This document shows, piece after piece, positions 1 to 13,539 of a DNA stretch of 64,000 bases. Position 1 is the first letter of the stretch, and each line of letters begins with the position of its first letter. The notes under the pieces were generated by a model. The model saw nothing but the letters and a program-made list of their open reading frames with translations. It was not told where the DNA came from and did no database searches. Made by a program: the position numbers and the translations under genes. This stretch comes from Lama glama (Eukaryota): NCBI GenBank assembly GCA_028534125.1, contig CM052816.1, positions 41,418,001 to 41,482,000 on the forward strand, read 5' to 3'.

Positions 1-169
1 AAAATTAATTTCCTCTGTTTATACTTTTGAAGAAGTAATTACTAGAAAACTCAAAAATTACGTATGTGGTTTCCCACTGGACAGAGTTGATCTAGCCCCG
101 TGACACGTATTAGTTCTGGTGCCATTGCTCTTTTTGTGTGTATGTGCTGAATATAAAGGAACTATTATT

Positions 170-350
170 TAGCCAATGGTTCTAAATTTAGTGTGTTTAA
201 AAATCATCTGGGGAACATCAGAAAATGCCATTCATACCCTCACCCACCCAGCAAGATTCTACACAAGCAGTGAGTTTGTATTTCAACCACTGTCCTAGAA
301 GATTCTGATACAGGAAGTCCTCTGACCATACTTTGAGAAATACTGGCTTT
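170..350. mobile_element. MER5-like hAT-Charlie DNA transposon relic
   Basis: CAATGGTTCTAAATTT...AATCATCTGGGG...GATTCTGAT...CCATACTTTGAGAAATACTG resembles MER5. Confidence 0.6.
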
Positions 351-839
351 GGGCGTACAGTGCTACACCGATCATCTTTGTTTCTAGGATGGTCTTCTGT
401 TTTTCCACATTTTATGGATGGGACTAGCTACTGTGATAATCATGTTCTTGTTGACCCTCTGGAACTTGGGCTAAGTATACTGATGAGGGCTTTGGGACTG
501 CATTAATTAAACCTTGGAAATGCTAACACTTTAACCTCAAATTTAGTGGAAGATGGCCCAGGATACAGCTGCAGAGGAGAAACCTCAGGCTGTAGTGAGG
601 ACCCCGAATTCATCCTGTGTGAGGGAAAGCATGGATTAAAAACAAAAGGTGCTTGAGTGCAGGCAGGCAGGAGGGAGGGATGTAAGAGGGTATGAGACAC
701 TGGATCCTATATTGGAGCTCTGACTTCCCTGTAGGGACAAGAAATTGGCTTTACACTAGGGAGAGGTCTGTATTATTAAAATGTATGTGGTATATGCAGT
801 AAATATCCCACCTTACGTGCTGCAGTCAGCAAGGGCGCA

Positions 840-1040
840 CTGTGTATAAACAATGGTTAAGAGATGAATTTAGGAGGTGGACCAACCTAGTTCCAAAACT
901 ATCCCCACCTTAGGCAAGTCTCTTAACCTCTTTCCTTTTTGTTAAAATAGAAAAAATAATTTGTTATGAGGGTTAAGTGAACTGACTTATGTAGAAAACA
1001 CAGAATTGGGCCTGGCACATAAGACCTATAAGAATGTTAG
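840..1040 (+). mobile_element. MIR SINE relic
   Basis: CCTTAGGCAAGTCTCTTAACCTCT...TAAAATAG...GTTATGAGGGTTAAGTGA...GCCTGGCACATA resembles the MIR core. Confidence 0.7.
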
Positions 1041-2809
1041 AAATTAAGACTGTATTTCAGTGTGTTGAAATTTGTTGGGCAATATACAGCTGAATATACT
1101 GCAAAATGAAAAAGGGAATAGAAGGAGACGGTTTTGCCGATCACAAACAGCAACAGGAAGCTGCAAGCCAGAATGCTTGTAGAAGGCAGGGAAGTTGCAC
1201 AAATACACGTATAAGGTATATTAAGGGATGAGGAGAGAGGTAAAGAAAGTAGAGAATGATGGAACCTGGAAGGAGTTTCCTTTTGCAAATCAGAGTAATA
1301 AGCATGTCCAGCCTAAGGGCATTCGAATTTAACATTTATCAAGTGCTAGCCAAATATAAAAAACGTGTTTGACTCAATGACCTTCAACTCCCAGTCAGCC
1401 ACATGCGTAGATTCTGGAGCTGCTATGTGTCCTGTCAGCTAAAGTATTATTCCTTTCTCTTTAAGGGAAACTTCAGGCCTTGAGGAGGCTGACTGGCCCA
1501 TCTCTGGATGATGTGCAATTAAGGCATTTACAACACTGTGAAATCTCTCTCGAATGGAACAGCAGCACCCCAAGGCTTGAGTGTCGAGTCCACAGGAGAA
1601 CAGAAGACAGGCTACTATGGCCTATGTTACTTGAGGGAATTCAAGGTGTTTCTTGCTCCACTTCACCTTCAAAAGAGGACAAGTGATAAAAACAAAAGTA
1701 GATAACAATGCTAGGGGCTGGGGCTTTTAATGTGACATATGACAAGATTAAAGCAGTACTTTATCAACCTTTTTCGATTTATGTCACAACCTGAGGCAAC
1801 CGGCATGGGGACCTGGCTGTCTGGCTTCCATCCCCTCACCTGGCCCAAAGGCAAGCTTCAGACCCTTTCCTTTGAGAAGCACTATGCAGAGTCCTGTGAA
1901 TCCCTGTGGTGTTACATCTGGCTTTTCCTCACTCAGTTTCTCTCTAAGAAACTTGCTTCCTTTAGGGGTAAGTAGCAGATGACTCCAGGGCTCCTCTTAA
2001 CTGGGAAGGTGGCTTCTCCTTTGCTTTCTTCTCTTCCTTTCCTAAACTGTGCCTTTTAAAAAGAGCCCTTGGGAAAGCAATCAAAGAGATTATTTATGTT
2101 TGAAACGCTCGGTCTTCAGGAAAGAAAGAAAAAATCATTTTTTGCTTGCAATATACCTTTGCTTGGGGTAGTTCTTCCTAACTTTCTACCCTCTATAAGC
2201 CATCAAGAGTCCAGATTAGCATGTGGGCTTATGAGAAAGTGGTCAGGAGTGACAGATGGGCATTAAGAAAGTGTGTAAGGGTGTAGACACAAAGGAAAAG
2301 GGAAGCAAATTTGCCTAAGCAAAATACAAAATTGGGAATCATAGTATTGACCTTCATCTACCAAACTAGAATAATTTTATTTAATATTAATTAAATATAC
2401 TAACTCTGGAAAAATTCGTTGCCTCAGGTTTCAGATATTCAGAAGTATTAAGTATGGGAATGGGGATGGCATAAAAAACCTCAGTAATAGTACATAGAGT
2501 CAGTTACAGTGCAGCTCTCTTAACACATTTAACTCCTCACTCCTGCTGGTTGATGCCCATAGTTTGATGAATCTTGCACTGAAGTACCTTTTTAGTGCCT
2601 TCTAATATTCTACTCTCCCAGCTGAGTTGTAAACTTTTTAAGAGTTATATATGCATTCCTCTACCTATTTCAACCAACTGTGCTTATCAGTATGATTACT
2701 TAATTTAATAAAATATTTATTTTATTAAAGTATAAATGAACACTAATATTTTAATAAAATATTCTTAAATTTAACATATTTTCCATTTTATTATATTGTA
2801 AACAAATGC

Positions 2810-3240
2810 CAAAATATAGTATGAAATTTAAAACTAAAGAAATATGATTGTAAAAAGACAGAGTTTATCTATAAAAACTAAATTTAATGCCTATAAAGAG
2901 TCAATAAAGGTGAGTTTTTAAAATGTTTCTGCAAAGTTAGTGTTCAAGGCAACTGTAAAAACTGGCAAGAAAGTCTTAAAATTCAAAACAGGCCACATTC
3001 AAATTGATTTATAAGTGTCATTAAGTCCTATTTCACTTCAAAGAAACAGAAACTAAAATGGGAAATTCACGAATAAATGAACATGTATATGTTTTAAGTC
3101 AAGATAAACTATTTGAGATACGTTTGTATCATTAAAAAAAAATGATTTCCCAATCTTAATTGTCACTTTTGGTTTGAACCAAACAATTTGGGGTCATCTT
3201 TGGGTCCCAACCACGTGGAATAAGGTGGCTACTACTGAGT
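2810..3240 (+). mobile_element. TcMar-Tigger-like DNA transposon fragment
   Basis: AAAGGTGAGTT...GGCAACTGTAAAA...CACTTCAAAGAAACAGAAACT and terminal GGAATAAG...CTACTACTG resemble Tigger relics. Confidence 0.45.
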
Positions 3241-4152
3241 TTTTTAAAATTTGTAACTGGATGCATTTATGTTGCTTCCTAGGATTGAATGCTTCTATTT
3301 CCAGGGGAAAAGAAATGGCATCGTATTACTAGAGGATATTTTGTAGTACCTAGAAAACAATGTATAGGTGGTGACAGTGTAACAAATAGGTAGGGATGAA
3401 ACAGGCTTCTCGGAACACCAAACTTTCAAAACAGCCTTAAATAGCTAAATAAGAATTTTTGGAATTTTTTTGCACTTAACTTTTTTTATTTAATAGTATT
3501 TTCATGTAACAAAATATCTCAATAATGTTACACAACAATTTTTATACTGAACCGAAATTTTTGTGATATTCTGTAGCGGAAATACAGTTACTGAATATAA
3601 ACTGAAACTTACGTTTTCTAGCACAAAGTCACACTGCTATTGGAGTTCATCAAGGTCTATCAAGGATGCTGTACTCAGAATTCCTTTCCTTCTTTCTATA
3701 CCAAATTACATTATTCAACTGTAAGTTTTTGTAAAATGCATAAGAATTGTACCAAACTGTAGGTGACTTTCAACAGACTCTAATTTTTCTAGGAAAACTG
3801 TGTAGCTAAAGTAGTTACCCATTCATCTCTTTTCAATACCCTAACACATTTCACCAACCAAGAGATGAAAAGGAGTAGTATCAAAGTTAAGAATTTTTAC
3901 ATTAATGCTATCAAATAACTTCATCATTTAATATTAGAAGCTTGGTTTTTTTCACAGATTTACTTTCTTATAGAAGACATACAAGACAACTTTTCAATCA
4001 CAGTAACAAGTGACTAAGGGAAAATTTTTATGCCTAAAGGGAATCTGAATTCTGCTTATGTTAAGCATAAACAGAAAAAAAAGTCCAAGAAAAAAGAAGT
4101 CCAAGTAAACTCCTGTCATAATGCACCCGTGTCCCATTAGAAAATATCTTCC

Positions 4153-4917
4153 AGTAAATGCTAGAGAGGGTGTGGAGAAAAAGGAACCCTCCTACCTGTT
4201 GGTGGGAATGTAGTTTGGTGTAGCCATTATTGAAAACAGTATGCAGATTCCTCAAAAGACTAAAAATAGACTTATCATATGATCCAGCAATCCCACTCCT
4301 AGGCATATACCTGGGGGAAACCCTAATTCAAAAAGATACATGCACCCCAGTGTTCACAGAAGCACTTTTTACAATAGCCAAGACATGGAAGTAATCTAAA
4401 CGCCCACTGACAGATGAATGAAGAAGATGTGGTGTATATATACAATGGAGTACTACTCAGCCATATAAAGGAATGAAATACATTTGCAGCAACATGGCTG
4501 AACCTAGAGTTTATCATACTAAGTGAAGTAAGTCAGTCAGAAAAAGACAAACATATGATATCACTTATATGTGGAATTCAAAAAATGACACAAATGAACT
4601 TATTTATAAAACAGAAAGAGACTGATCAACATAGGAAACAAACTTATGGTTACCAGGGGGAAGGGGAAAGGGAGGAACAAATTGAGATTTTGGGATTGGC
4701 ACATATGAAGTACTATGTACAGAACAGATGAACAACAAGGTCCTACTGTATAGCACAGGGAACTATATTCAATGGCTTATAGTAACATGTAATGAAAAAG
4801 AATATGAAAAGGATATGTATATCTATGTATGCATAACTGAGTCACTATGCTGTACACCAGAAACTAATACAACATTGTAATTCAAAAAATAATAAATAAA
4901 TAAAAACCAAAAATAGA
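4153..4917 (+). mobile_element. 5'-truncated LINE-1 (ORF2 end + 3' UTR + A-rich tail)
   Basis: ORF2 C-terminal DNA (GATCCAGCAATCCCACTCCTAGGCATATAC), 3' UTR and A-rich tail. Probable TSD AGAAAATATCTTCC 4139-4152 / AGAAAATACATTCC 4918-4931. Confidence 0.92.
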
Positions 4918-5309
4918 AGAAAATACATTCCTTTTCTTTTTATTTATATTGCCAGGAATAGTAATATATTTAACATTTTATCAGAATGACTGATTAAAGC
5001 TTTAAATAAAACTCTATAACTCTTATTAGAGCAGTTTTATGTGATAAATTATGCCTCAAAAAATTACAACAAAATTCCCTTTACTTAAAGATCCCCAAAA
5101 GATATAAAAATATTATGAAGTTCTATAATGATAATTAATTATAAAACCTAATCTACACTCTTAATGGTACATATTTTTAAGTTGTCCTTTTTTTAACAAC
5201 CAAGGAAGGACATACACTTTAAAAATAATATCCCTTTTCATTTATAGTGAAAATGGGAATGAACCTACTTTGCCTTAACTGAATAGAAATCTTTATTCCT
5301 ACATTTAGA

Positions 5310-6060
5310 AAATATGCATGGAGTGTTAGATATGCTTGACACTATTTTACACACTGGAGATACAGCAGTCAACAAAATAACCCTTACAGTGTTTACATTA
5401 TAGCAGAGGGAGACATAATAAAATCAGTAACTATTAATGACTAAGGTTTTCAACTAGTGACAAGGCCTCAAAATGAAGCAGGAAAGGAAGACAGAAAGTG
5501 TGGGGAATCTGGGGGAACACAGAGGCAGTGCGAAAATTTTTTAAACTGATTTTTTCTTTTTTTAACAAATATTTTATTTATTTATTACTTTATTTTATTT
5601 TCGTGTGTGTATTTAGTTTTAAAGGAGGTGCTGGGGATTGAACACACTCTACCACTGAAGCTATACCCTGCCCCCTTGAAATTTTGAATAGGTTGGTCAG
5701 GAAAGGCCTCAGTAAAGAGACATTGGTAGGGCTTGTAGATATTTGTAAAAACGTTGACTTTCAAGTTAAGTGAAATGGGAAGCTTTTAGGAGTTTGGAAA
5801 AGAGAAGTGGCATGATCTGATCTACCCTTTAAAAGGATCCCTATCTGCTGTGTTGAGTGTAGACTGGAAAGGAAAGGGATAGGGTGGAGGGTAGGGAGAA
5901 AGCAGAGGATGAGTTCAGAGGCTATTGAAGCAATTCAGATAAAAGATTAAAAGGTATTAAAAAAAAGTTTTGAAATTGGGATAGCTTTTGAAGGTGGATT
6001 ATAAAAGAATTAGTAATTGATTAAACGTGAGTATAGAAAATAAAAATAAAAATTAATGAT
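5310..6060 (+). mobile_element. L2 LINE relic (interrupted by a SINE)
   Basis: L2-type segments GGAGATACAGCAGTCAACAAAA, GGTCAGGAAAGGCCTC, GGCATGATCTGATCTACCTTTAAAAGGATC. Confidence 0.7.
5545..5676 (-). mobile_element. vic-1-type tRNA-derived SINE with internal deletion
   Basis: Reverse strand reads GGGGGCAGGGTATAGCTTCAGTGGTAGAGTGTG/TTCAATCCCCAGCACCTCC followed by an A-rich tail. Confidence 0.8.
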
Positions 6061-6173
6061 TAGTCCCAACTATAAATTCCTTATTGTAAAATAGCATTCC
6101 AAAAAAATAAATAAATACAGCAGTTAAAAAAGAACATCTTTTGAAATAACAATAACAACAAAAATAATTATCT

Positions 6174-6545
6174 GTATTAGTCAGGAGAGTCTACATTATG
6201 CTGTTATAAGAAAAAAAGAAAATTTTCAGATAAAAGTTAATTTATTCCTTTATGCAAAGCTTGTTGCAGGTTCAGGAGCTGTTTTAGGGCAGCTGTGTTC
6301 CATAGACTTTTCAGTGCTCTAGATTGGTTCAGTGTGTTGGCTCTTTCATCTCAACTTGTGGCCTCCTCCATGATCAGTAAAACAAGAAAGATGAAGAATT
6401 GCAAATGGACTTTTCAGTACTTCTCCCTGAAAGTGATATGCATCATTTCTGTTCACATTTCACTCATCATTTTTAGTGCCACAGCTCTACTCAACAGCAA
6501 GGGAGCTGAGGAGTTGTCTTCTGGGTGTCAACAAGAGGAAAATAA
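6174..6545. mobile_element. MaLR (MLT1-type) LTR relic
   Basis: TGTATTAGTCAGG...CATTATGCTG start and GAAAGTGATATGCATCATTTCTGTTCACATTTCA resemble old MLT1 LTRs. Confidence 0.6.
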
Positions 6546-7309
6546 CATGTATTACTAAAGCTAGCTGACATATTAGCTAACATGATATAGCATTTTCAAT
6601 GTGGCAGGTTATATGTACTATGACTCACAAACAAAGACTTTCAGTGACATGTTCTCAATAGTTTCGACACTGATTGGTGTAGCACTTAGGCGTGTCTAGT
6701 CTGGACTCATCACTCTAGACCCTAACAGAAATGATTTCCAATGCTTGGGGATTCTTCATGAACTGGATTTAAAATTGCTCTGGGAAAATCCAACTACTCC
6801 TAGATATGTACATGCAATAAGGAAAACAGGGATTATGCCTGCCAGTTTGCACCTTTATTTGTGGGTCATAGTATACCTTAGAGATGGGATTACAATACTA
6901 GCTAAAGATACTTCCACATAAACAAGCCATAGCTCTCAGCAGAATCCATGCTTAGGCATAAACATTCATCAACTCTGTTCTTCCAATGTTTGGATATCAA
7001 ATTTCATGTCCTGGGAAACTGGTGCTGTGTTTGAAAAGATTAATTACCAAGGTGTCCAGTATTCCTATTCTGGGGCATCCTCCAACTTCACAAATGTTAC
7101 CCCTGCCAATAACAGTTAACTTTTATACCTAGTAGGACTCAAAGACATCCAGGCACCCAAATGGCACCATATGCAATAAGGATTCCTGTACCTAGAACTG
7201 AATTTAGGCCCAGTGTCTGTATTATGTTGCCTCTCATTTACCTCATGTCACTCATCTCGGGCCAAAACACAAGTGTTTATCCAAAAATACAAACAGCCTA
7301 CACAAGTAA

Positions 7310-8233
7310 TTCTCCAATGAAGATAAGCAAATGGCCAAAAGGTCATTAAAAAATGCTCAATATTGCTAATTATCAGAGAAATACAAATCAAAACTACAAT
7401 GAGGTATCACCTCACACCAGTCAGAATGACCATCTCTCAAAAGTCCACAAACAAATACTGGAGAGAGTTTGGAGAAAAGGGAACCATTCCATGCCATTAG
7501 TGGGAATACGATTTGGTGCAGCCATTATGGAAAACAGTATGGATATTCCTCAAAAAACTAAAAATAGACTTAGCCTAAGAGATCCAGCAATCCCACTCCT
7601 GGGCATATATTCAGAGGGAACTGTAATTCAAAAAGATACACACACCCCAATGTTCATAGCAGCACTACTGACAATTGCCAAGACATGGGAACAACCTAAA
7701 TGTCCATCAACAGATGACTGGATAAAGAAGCTGTGGTATATTTATACAATGGAATACTACTCAGCCATAAAAAATAATAAAATAATGCCATTTGCAGCCA
7801 CATGTATGGACCTGGAAAATGTCATTCTAAGAGAAGTAAGCCAGAAACAGAAAGATACCATATTATATCACTCATATATGGAATCTAAAAAAAAAAAGAA
7901 AGAAAGAAACTTATTTACAAAACAGAAACAGACTCATAGACATAGAAAACAAACTTATGGTTACCAGGTGGGGAAGGGGGTGGGAAGGGATAAATTGGGA
8001 GTTCTAGATTTGCACATACTAACTAATATATATAAAACAGATAAACAACAAATTTTTACTGTACAGCACAAGGGAACCATATTCAATATCTTGTAGTAAC
8101 TTATGGTGAAAAAAATATGAAAATGAGTATGTGTATGTTCATGTATGACTGAAGCATTGTGCTGTATACTAGAAACTGACATACACTGTAAACTGACTAT
8201 ACTTCAGTAAAATTATATATATGGAAAAAAAAA
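7310..8233 (+). mobile_element. 5'-truncated LINE-1 (ORF2 C-terminus + 3' UTR)
   Basis: ORF 7353-8096 contains [10 protein letters not shown]...PMFIAALLTIAKTWEQPKCPSTDDWIKKLWYIYTMEYYSAIK, the L1 ORF2 C-terminus. The 3' UTR ends TGACTATACTTCAGTAAAA with an A tail. Confidence 0.95.
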
Positions 8234-9299
8234 CACTTTTGACCCCTTAACATCTTTGAAGGGCATTCCTCCATGTTAATTGTCCTAGAACCAGGCTGCA
8301 ATACTAAGTGGTGGTGGACAGGTTAATACTGATCAAAAACTTATCTTTTATTTAAGGCCATGCTCAGCCCCAGACATTACAATCCTTTGTCCTTTATGGT
8401 ACACCAAAACATACTCAGTTCAAGTTCAGTTTTTGGAAAATATAGACTCATTGTAAAGATAGAGAGATTTTTATTATCTTAGAAGCAAATGTGAGAGTTT
8501 TTTTGGGAGAGAGAGAGAAAGGGAGAGAGAGAGGGTGAGCTGTTTTTATTGGGAAAATAACTCTTCTTAAAGCTAAGGGTAGGAGCTAAGGTCCTGAAGT
8601 CTGGATATTAGTTGGCATGAAAACTTAAGAGGGAGGGAAAAGTAACTCTTCATAACAGAAGAAAAGGAATTTGAGTTTCTGAGGAATATTAGAGAGGGGA
8701 GCAAAGAAAGAAGTCAGCAAAGGTGACATATAAAAGAGGGATGGGCCAGAAAGAGCAAATCCCTATGGCATGTTATCTAAGAAAGAACTTATGAAATCAA
8801 TGATGTCTTACGAGAATATGAACCGTACCTAGAACTGAATTTGGGCCCAGTGTCTATATTACAGCATGCAAACTACACCTTCTCCCCTGCAATAGCTCAA
8901 ATGAAGTCTGTATTTCTCACTAATGTTTTAGTGCAAGTTGACTGTCATGTGAAGGATATGAGTTCCGCATCTTGGATGACACAAAGTAAAACAGAGTGAG
9001 CATATGGGGATGCAGTAGGCAAAAGGAAAAGGCATTTTCTGCTGATATCTTCATTACTTCCTAAGATCTCCATAACTAGGTTCTCCTCATTACATCCACT
9101 AGATAGACTGTGTGAAACTTGTTCTAGGAGAAATCCTCTAATCTTATTACCAGCCAGTGGTTTTGAAGGAGAAATAAAAAGCGTTTTAAAGAGAGGAGTG
9201 CACAGTAGAGACCAAGAGAAATTCACTAGAGCTTTTTTTGTGAAATGTTCTTATTTGACTGAGGCCATAACTCATAAAATTGTTGACTACCTCAGAAAG

Positions 9300-9678
9300 T
9301 TTGGCAGATTTTGTCAAGATGTCCACAAACGTGTATCTCTTCCTAAGCAAACCGACAACATTTCCCTGCCTGTTATAATTAAGCGTGTGATAAGACTGAG
9401 CTCTAGCCAACAGAATACAGGTATAAATGACATGAGCCACTTTCAGCCCGGCCCATGATAAATTCCCAAGTCAAGGTCTTCAGTCTGCTGCCTGATTAGA
9501 GAGGTCTTGGAGGACTTAGAATGGGGCAGAGTCTGGGTCTCTGAAAAATACCTGGAAGGCTTCCCAATCAGGGCACCTACATAGGATGGTTGAAAGAGTG
9601 AGAAATAAGCTCAATATGTTAAGTCACTAAAATTGGTTTATCTGTTAGAGCAGCTGGCATTACAGCTTAACTAATACA
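9300..9678. mobile_element. MaLR (MLT1F/G/H-like) LTR
   Basis: CATTTCCCTGCCT...AGCTCTAGCCAACAGAAT and end GTTAGAGCAGCTGGCATTACAGCTTAACTAATACA. Confidence 0.65.
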
Positions 9679-11010
9679 AAGAATCACAGTTTTCACTACA
9701 AGAAAAGATTTCTATTTTTTATCTGACATTTAAATCATAGAATTCTGGATTTAAAAGCGAAATAAGAAATCATATAGTCCAACCTATGTTCTACACTTAC
9801 TGAACTCCAGGTTTGTTAATAATTCTTCATAAACTCTCTTCCAAGTGGAATAACTAACTTCTTGTTTCACTTCTCACATCTTTCCACCATTTCCCGACTG
9901 GGTTTGAATATACCTTCCCCATGTATGATATCTTAACTGTTCAGGAATAGTGTTTGTTTTTAGGTTACTTCCAAGTGGCAATGAAAACTCACAAGCAAAT
10001 TACATAAGATTATAAATAACAAATGTTCAAAGTGCTAATAATCATTCTTGATGAAGTTATACTCCAAACACTGTGTAAGCATAAAAATAAGGTCCAATGC
10101 ACTCCTTCCAGATGAGCAACATCTAGGAATTTAATACTGAGAATATTTGATCCATTAAATAGTTACTGTGATGTTCCATGATTTTACCTTAGGAGGTTTT
10201 TAAAAATTATTTCTCCTTAATATATCTTCCTCATTATGATTACTCTATTACTTCAAAACAAACTTCCACATATCTGCTGATGAAAACACTAGAATCAATT
10301 TTGATCTTAAGCAAAAGTCATTCTTCCAAAGGTATTTCCAGTACTGGCTTTTTATATATCTACACCTGTAAATATGTAACTTATTCTTTAATATCACAAA
10401 CATTCAATCTGTCTTTAGGAATCTTAAATCAGTGCTTAATAACATTAGCAGCATTATGTGATCTGCTTACTGAAATGTTGTTTGAGTGTAAATCTTCCCA
10501 GACCACCTTAGGGTGTTTCATTAATATGCTCTTTTTTTTCCCAAACAGTTCATATTTAACCTTAAAAAACTCATTAGTTCACTTCTCTTGTGCAAAAATG
10601 TCCTTACACTTAAGCAAATTGGGTGACTGACTGAAACATCAAAGTAAAAGTTTTGTCATTTACAGTAACAATTGTCATTTGATGTTTTCCAGGATATTTT
10701 ATTTTCTTTCTTCCAAGATAAATCTCCTTATTCTGACAAAATAGTGACAGAATTCTCATCATTAAAAACTATAATCAGGAGTTTTTCTAAATTTACATTT
10801 AATGTTATTATCTAGAAATCCATTTGATCAATTTTATTTTATTACAGTGGGATTTTTGTTTTTACTTTTTAGTTTTCCTGAGTATTTGAAATTCTTTTCA
10901 CCTAACCCTAGTGGAAGCATGTACGGTTAGACTGATAAAATATTGGTAGGTTTTTGTCCTCAGAATAAACTAATACTATTCCTATGTGGCTTCAACTAGC
11001 TTCCCATTGT

Positions 11011-11166
11011 GGGGAGAGTATAGCTCAAGTGGTAGAGCACATATGCACAAGGTCCTGGGTTCAATCCCCAGTACCTCCTCTAAAAATAAATAAACCAAAT
11101 TATCTCCCCTCTGCCAAAATAAAATAATTAAATAATACAATAATAAATAAATAAAATATTATAAAA
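11011..11166 (+). mobile_element. vic-1-type tRNA-derived SINE
   Basis: GGGGAGAGTATAGCTCAAGTGGTAGAGC (A box)...GGTCCTGGGTTCAATCCCCAGTACCTCC (B box) with an AT-rich tail. TSD AACTAGCTTCCCATT(G/A)T at 10994-11010 and 11167-11183. Confidence 0.93.
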
Positions 11167-11619
11167 AACTAGCTTCCCATTATATTATTCTTTATATACA
11201 ACATCCACTAGAAAATAAAATGTTTCTAATGCTTCCTCCCTCTTAATGCCTCATGTATTAGTTCTCTTTTCCTCTTTCTATTGATACCTGCTAGTGGAAC
11301 AGGTACTGATGCCTTTACATGACTACTGTAGATTCCTAATTACCCTTTCTCTCTCAAAACTCAGATCTCTTCTGTACATAATGGCCTTACTGCTTTTCCT
11401 AAAATGATTCCACTAGATCATGTGCTTACTCAATAACTTGCCATTGTTGGCCAAATTAGTAATTTCTTTTTCAATTATATCTTACTCATTTTTGTAACCC
11501 TTGCTCCTATACTAAATACATTTTTTAAATTAATGGCTTCAAAATTATTCCCAGTGGGTGCTAAAGGAGTACATATCAGAAATCAATACTGCAAGAAAAA
11601 AGGAAAGCAAAGAAAAATA

Positions 11620-11790
11620 ATATGTAATGAGCTCTTATCATGTCATCTTACACTTCCCCCAAACAGCCTTTGAGTTAGACATCATTATTCTCATTTCATA
11701 AATGAGAAACTAAGGTTAAAAAGTTAAGTGATGATCAAGTGCACACAGCTTGAAAGTGACAAGCCAAGAGTCAATGATAAGTCTGACTAT
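11620..11790 (-). mobile_element. MIR SINE relic
   Basis: ATTATTCTCATTTCATAAATGAGAAACTAAGG...GTTAAGTGATGATCAAGTGCACACAGCT. Confidence 0.7.
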
Positions 11791-12169
11791 GCAACATTTT
11801 TGCCTCTTTACCTGGCCTCAGGTGGTGGTACCATCTACATTTCGAGTCAGAAGTATCATTTTCTCAGCTGGGAGAGAAGCAGAAAGTCTATGATAGATAG
11901 AGGAAACAGTAGGAACAAAGAGATACTCATACATATGAGGCATTCAGGAAAATTGGAACTGTCAATCATTTTGAGCATAGTTCCATCACCATCACCACTT
12001 CCAATGGCAAATCAAGTAGGCAGATTGGGGTACCTGCCAGTGGTCTGCAGCAGGACTTGAGGTAGAGGGTAGAATTACTCACTAAGCAGTTAGCCATGAT
12101 AGTATATATGTTGCCAGAGGTGTTCTGGAGCAAGATGGAGCTATCTGCTGCCCCATCCTCAAAGCTAAT

Positions 12170-12770
12170 CACTATTCTAACTTCTAAAATTTAGTTTCTG
12201 AAGTTTATATTAATGTAATCACACAGTTTTATTATTTGATGTCTTGTTTCCTTCAGTTAACATAATATTTCTGAGATTCATGTATATTGTGTATGTAGCT
12301 ATAGAATATTTCACTTTCACTGCTGAGTGGTATTTGATTTTATGAATAGGCCACATATAATTTATCCGTTTATTATGATTATTTTATTGTGACTTAACAC
12401 GAGATCTCTACTCAACCAATTTTGACTATACAGTATATGATTGTTGTCTGCAGGTGCAAAGTTGTACAGCAGGTCTCTAGAGCTTACTCATCTCACTTAA
12501 CTGAAACTTCATGCCTGTTGATTAATAACTCCTCATTTCCTCTCTACCCAGCCTCTGGTAAGTACCATTCCAATCTCTGACTATGAATTTAACTATTTTA
12601 GATACATCATATAAGTGGAATCAAGTAGTACTCATCTTTCTATTTCTGGCTTATTTCACCTAGTATAATATCCTCAAAATTCATCCATGTTGTCACATAT
12701 TACAGAATTTCATTCTTTTTTTAAGGCTGAACAGTATTTCACTCTGTGTGTGTGTGTGTGTGTTTTCTTT
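12170..12770 (-). mobile_element. Old L1 3' ends (L1MA-type nested in L1ME-type) ending in (TG)n
   Basis: GTTGTACAGCAGGTCTCTAGAGCTTACTCATC...TTTTAGATACATCATATAAGTGGAATC...TTCATCCATGTTGTCACA. Confidence 0.8.
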
Positions 12771-13239
12771 GTTTGAGATGAACTAAGGAAAAGCTGGCAT
12801 GCATTCAGGGGCAACCTTGATATGGAAGGCTGGTTTGCAGCACACAAGGTCACCAGGCCACTGCTTCCACTGTGTACCCTGATTCCTCTCCCCAGGCTGT
12901 AGGCCCTAGATGTAGAGCAGGGTGTATGTCAGCCAGGTTTGACATGAAGGAATTAAAGATGGTGTAAATGAGCAAGGGTGAATACAGGAGGGAATACCAA
13001 AGGGTGGGTTAATTCAGTGAATCATCTTAAAGAACATTATCAATTGCTTTCAAACAGGTGCAAGTGTAAATGCCTATAAGGTAGGGGGAACCAGCCAGTG
13101 TTTCTCATGTGGTCTGACTGCTTTAATGTTGGTCTAGGTTTCTATATATTTAATATTGCTCTTTGCATAATGGAGAATATTTTACTCAGGTTTTCCAATT
13201 TTAAGAGTCAAGCTGACTTCTAAAAAAAGACAAGGAGGA

Positions 13240-13530
13240 GTCACAGACATAGAAAACAAACTTATGGTTACCAGGGGGGAAAAGGGGTGGGAAGGGATAA
13301 ATTGGGAGTTTGAGATTTACAGATACTAACTACTACATATAAAGTAGATAAACAACAAGTTTCTACTATATAGCACAGGGAACTGTGTTCAATATCTTAT
13401 AGTAACCTATAATGAAAAAGAATAGGAAAAGGAATATATGTACGTATATGGATGACTGGGACATTGTGCTGTACACCAGAAATTGACACAGCGCTGTAAA
13501 CTGACTATACTTCAATAAGAAAATTTCTTT
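13240..13530 (+). mobile_element. Short LINE-1 3' UTR fragment
   Basis: TCACAGACATAGAAAACAAACTTATGGTTACCAGGGG...TGACTATACTTCAATAAG, the same 3' UTR as the copies at 4.6 and 7.9 kb. Confidence 0.9.
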
Positions 13531-13539
13531 AAATAGCAA

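Noticed and set aside
7353..8096. 247-aa ORF, the longest in the window
   Set aside because: It is a frameshifted L1 ORF2 C-terminus running into the L1 3' UTR, not a host gene.
11011..11080. tRNA-like sequence with A and B boxes (also at 29700, 22830 and 62870)
   Set aside because: The AT-rich tails and TSDs show these are SINE copies, not tRNA genes.
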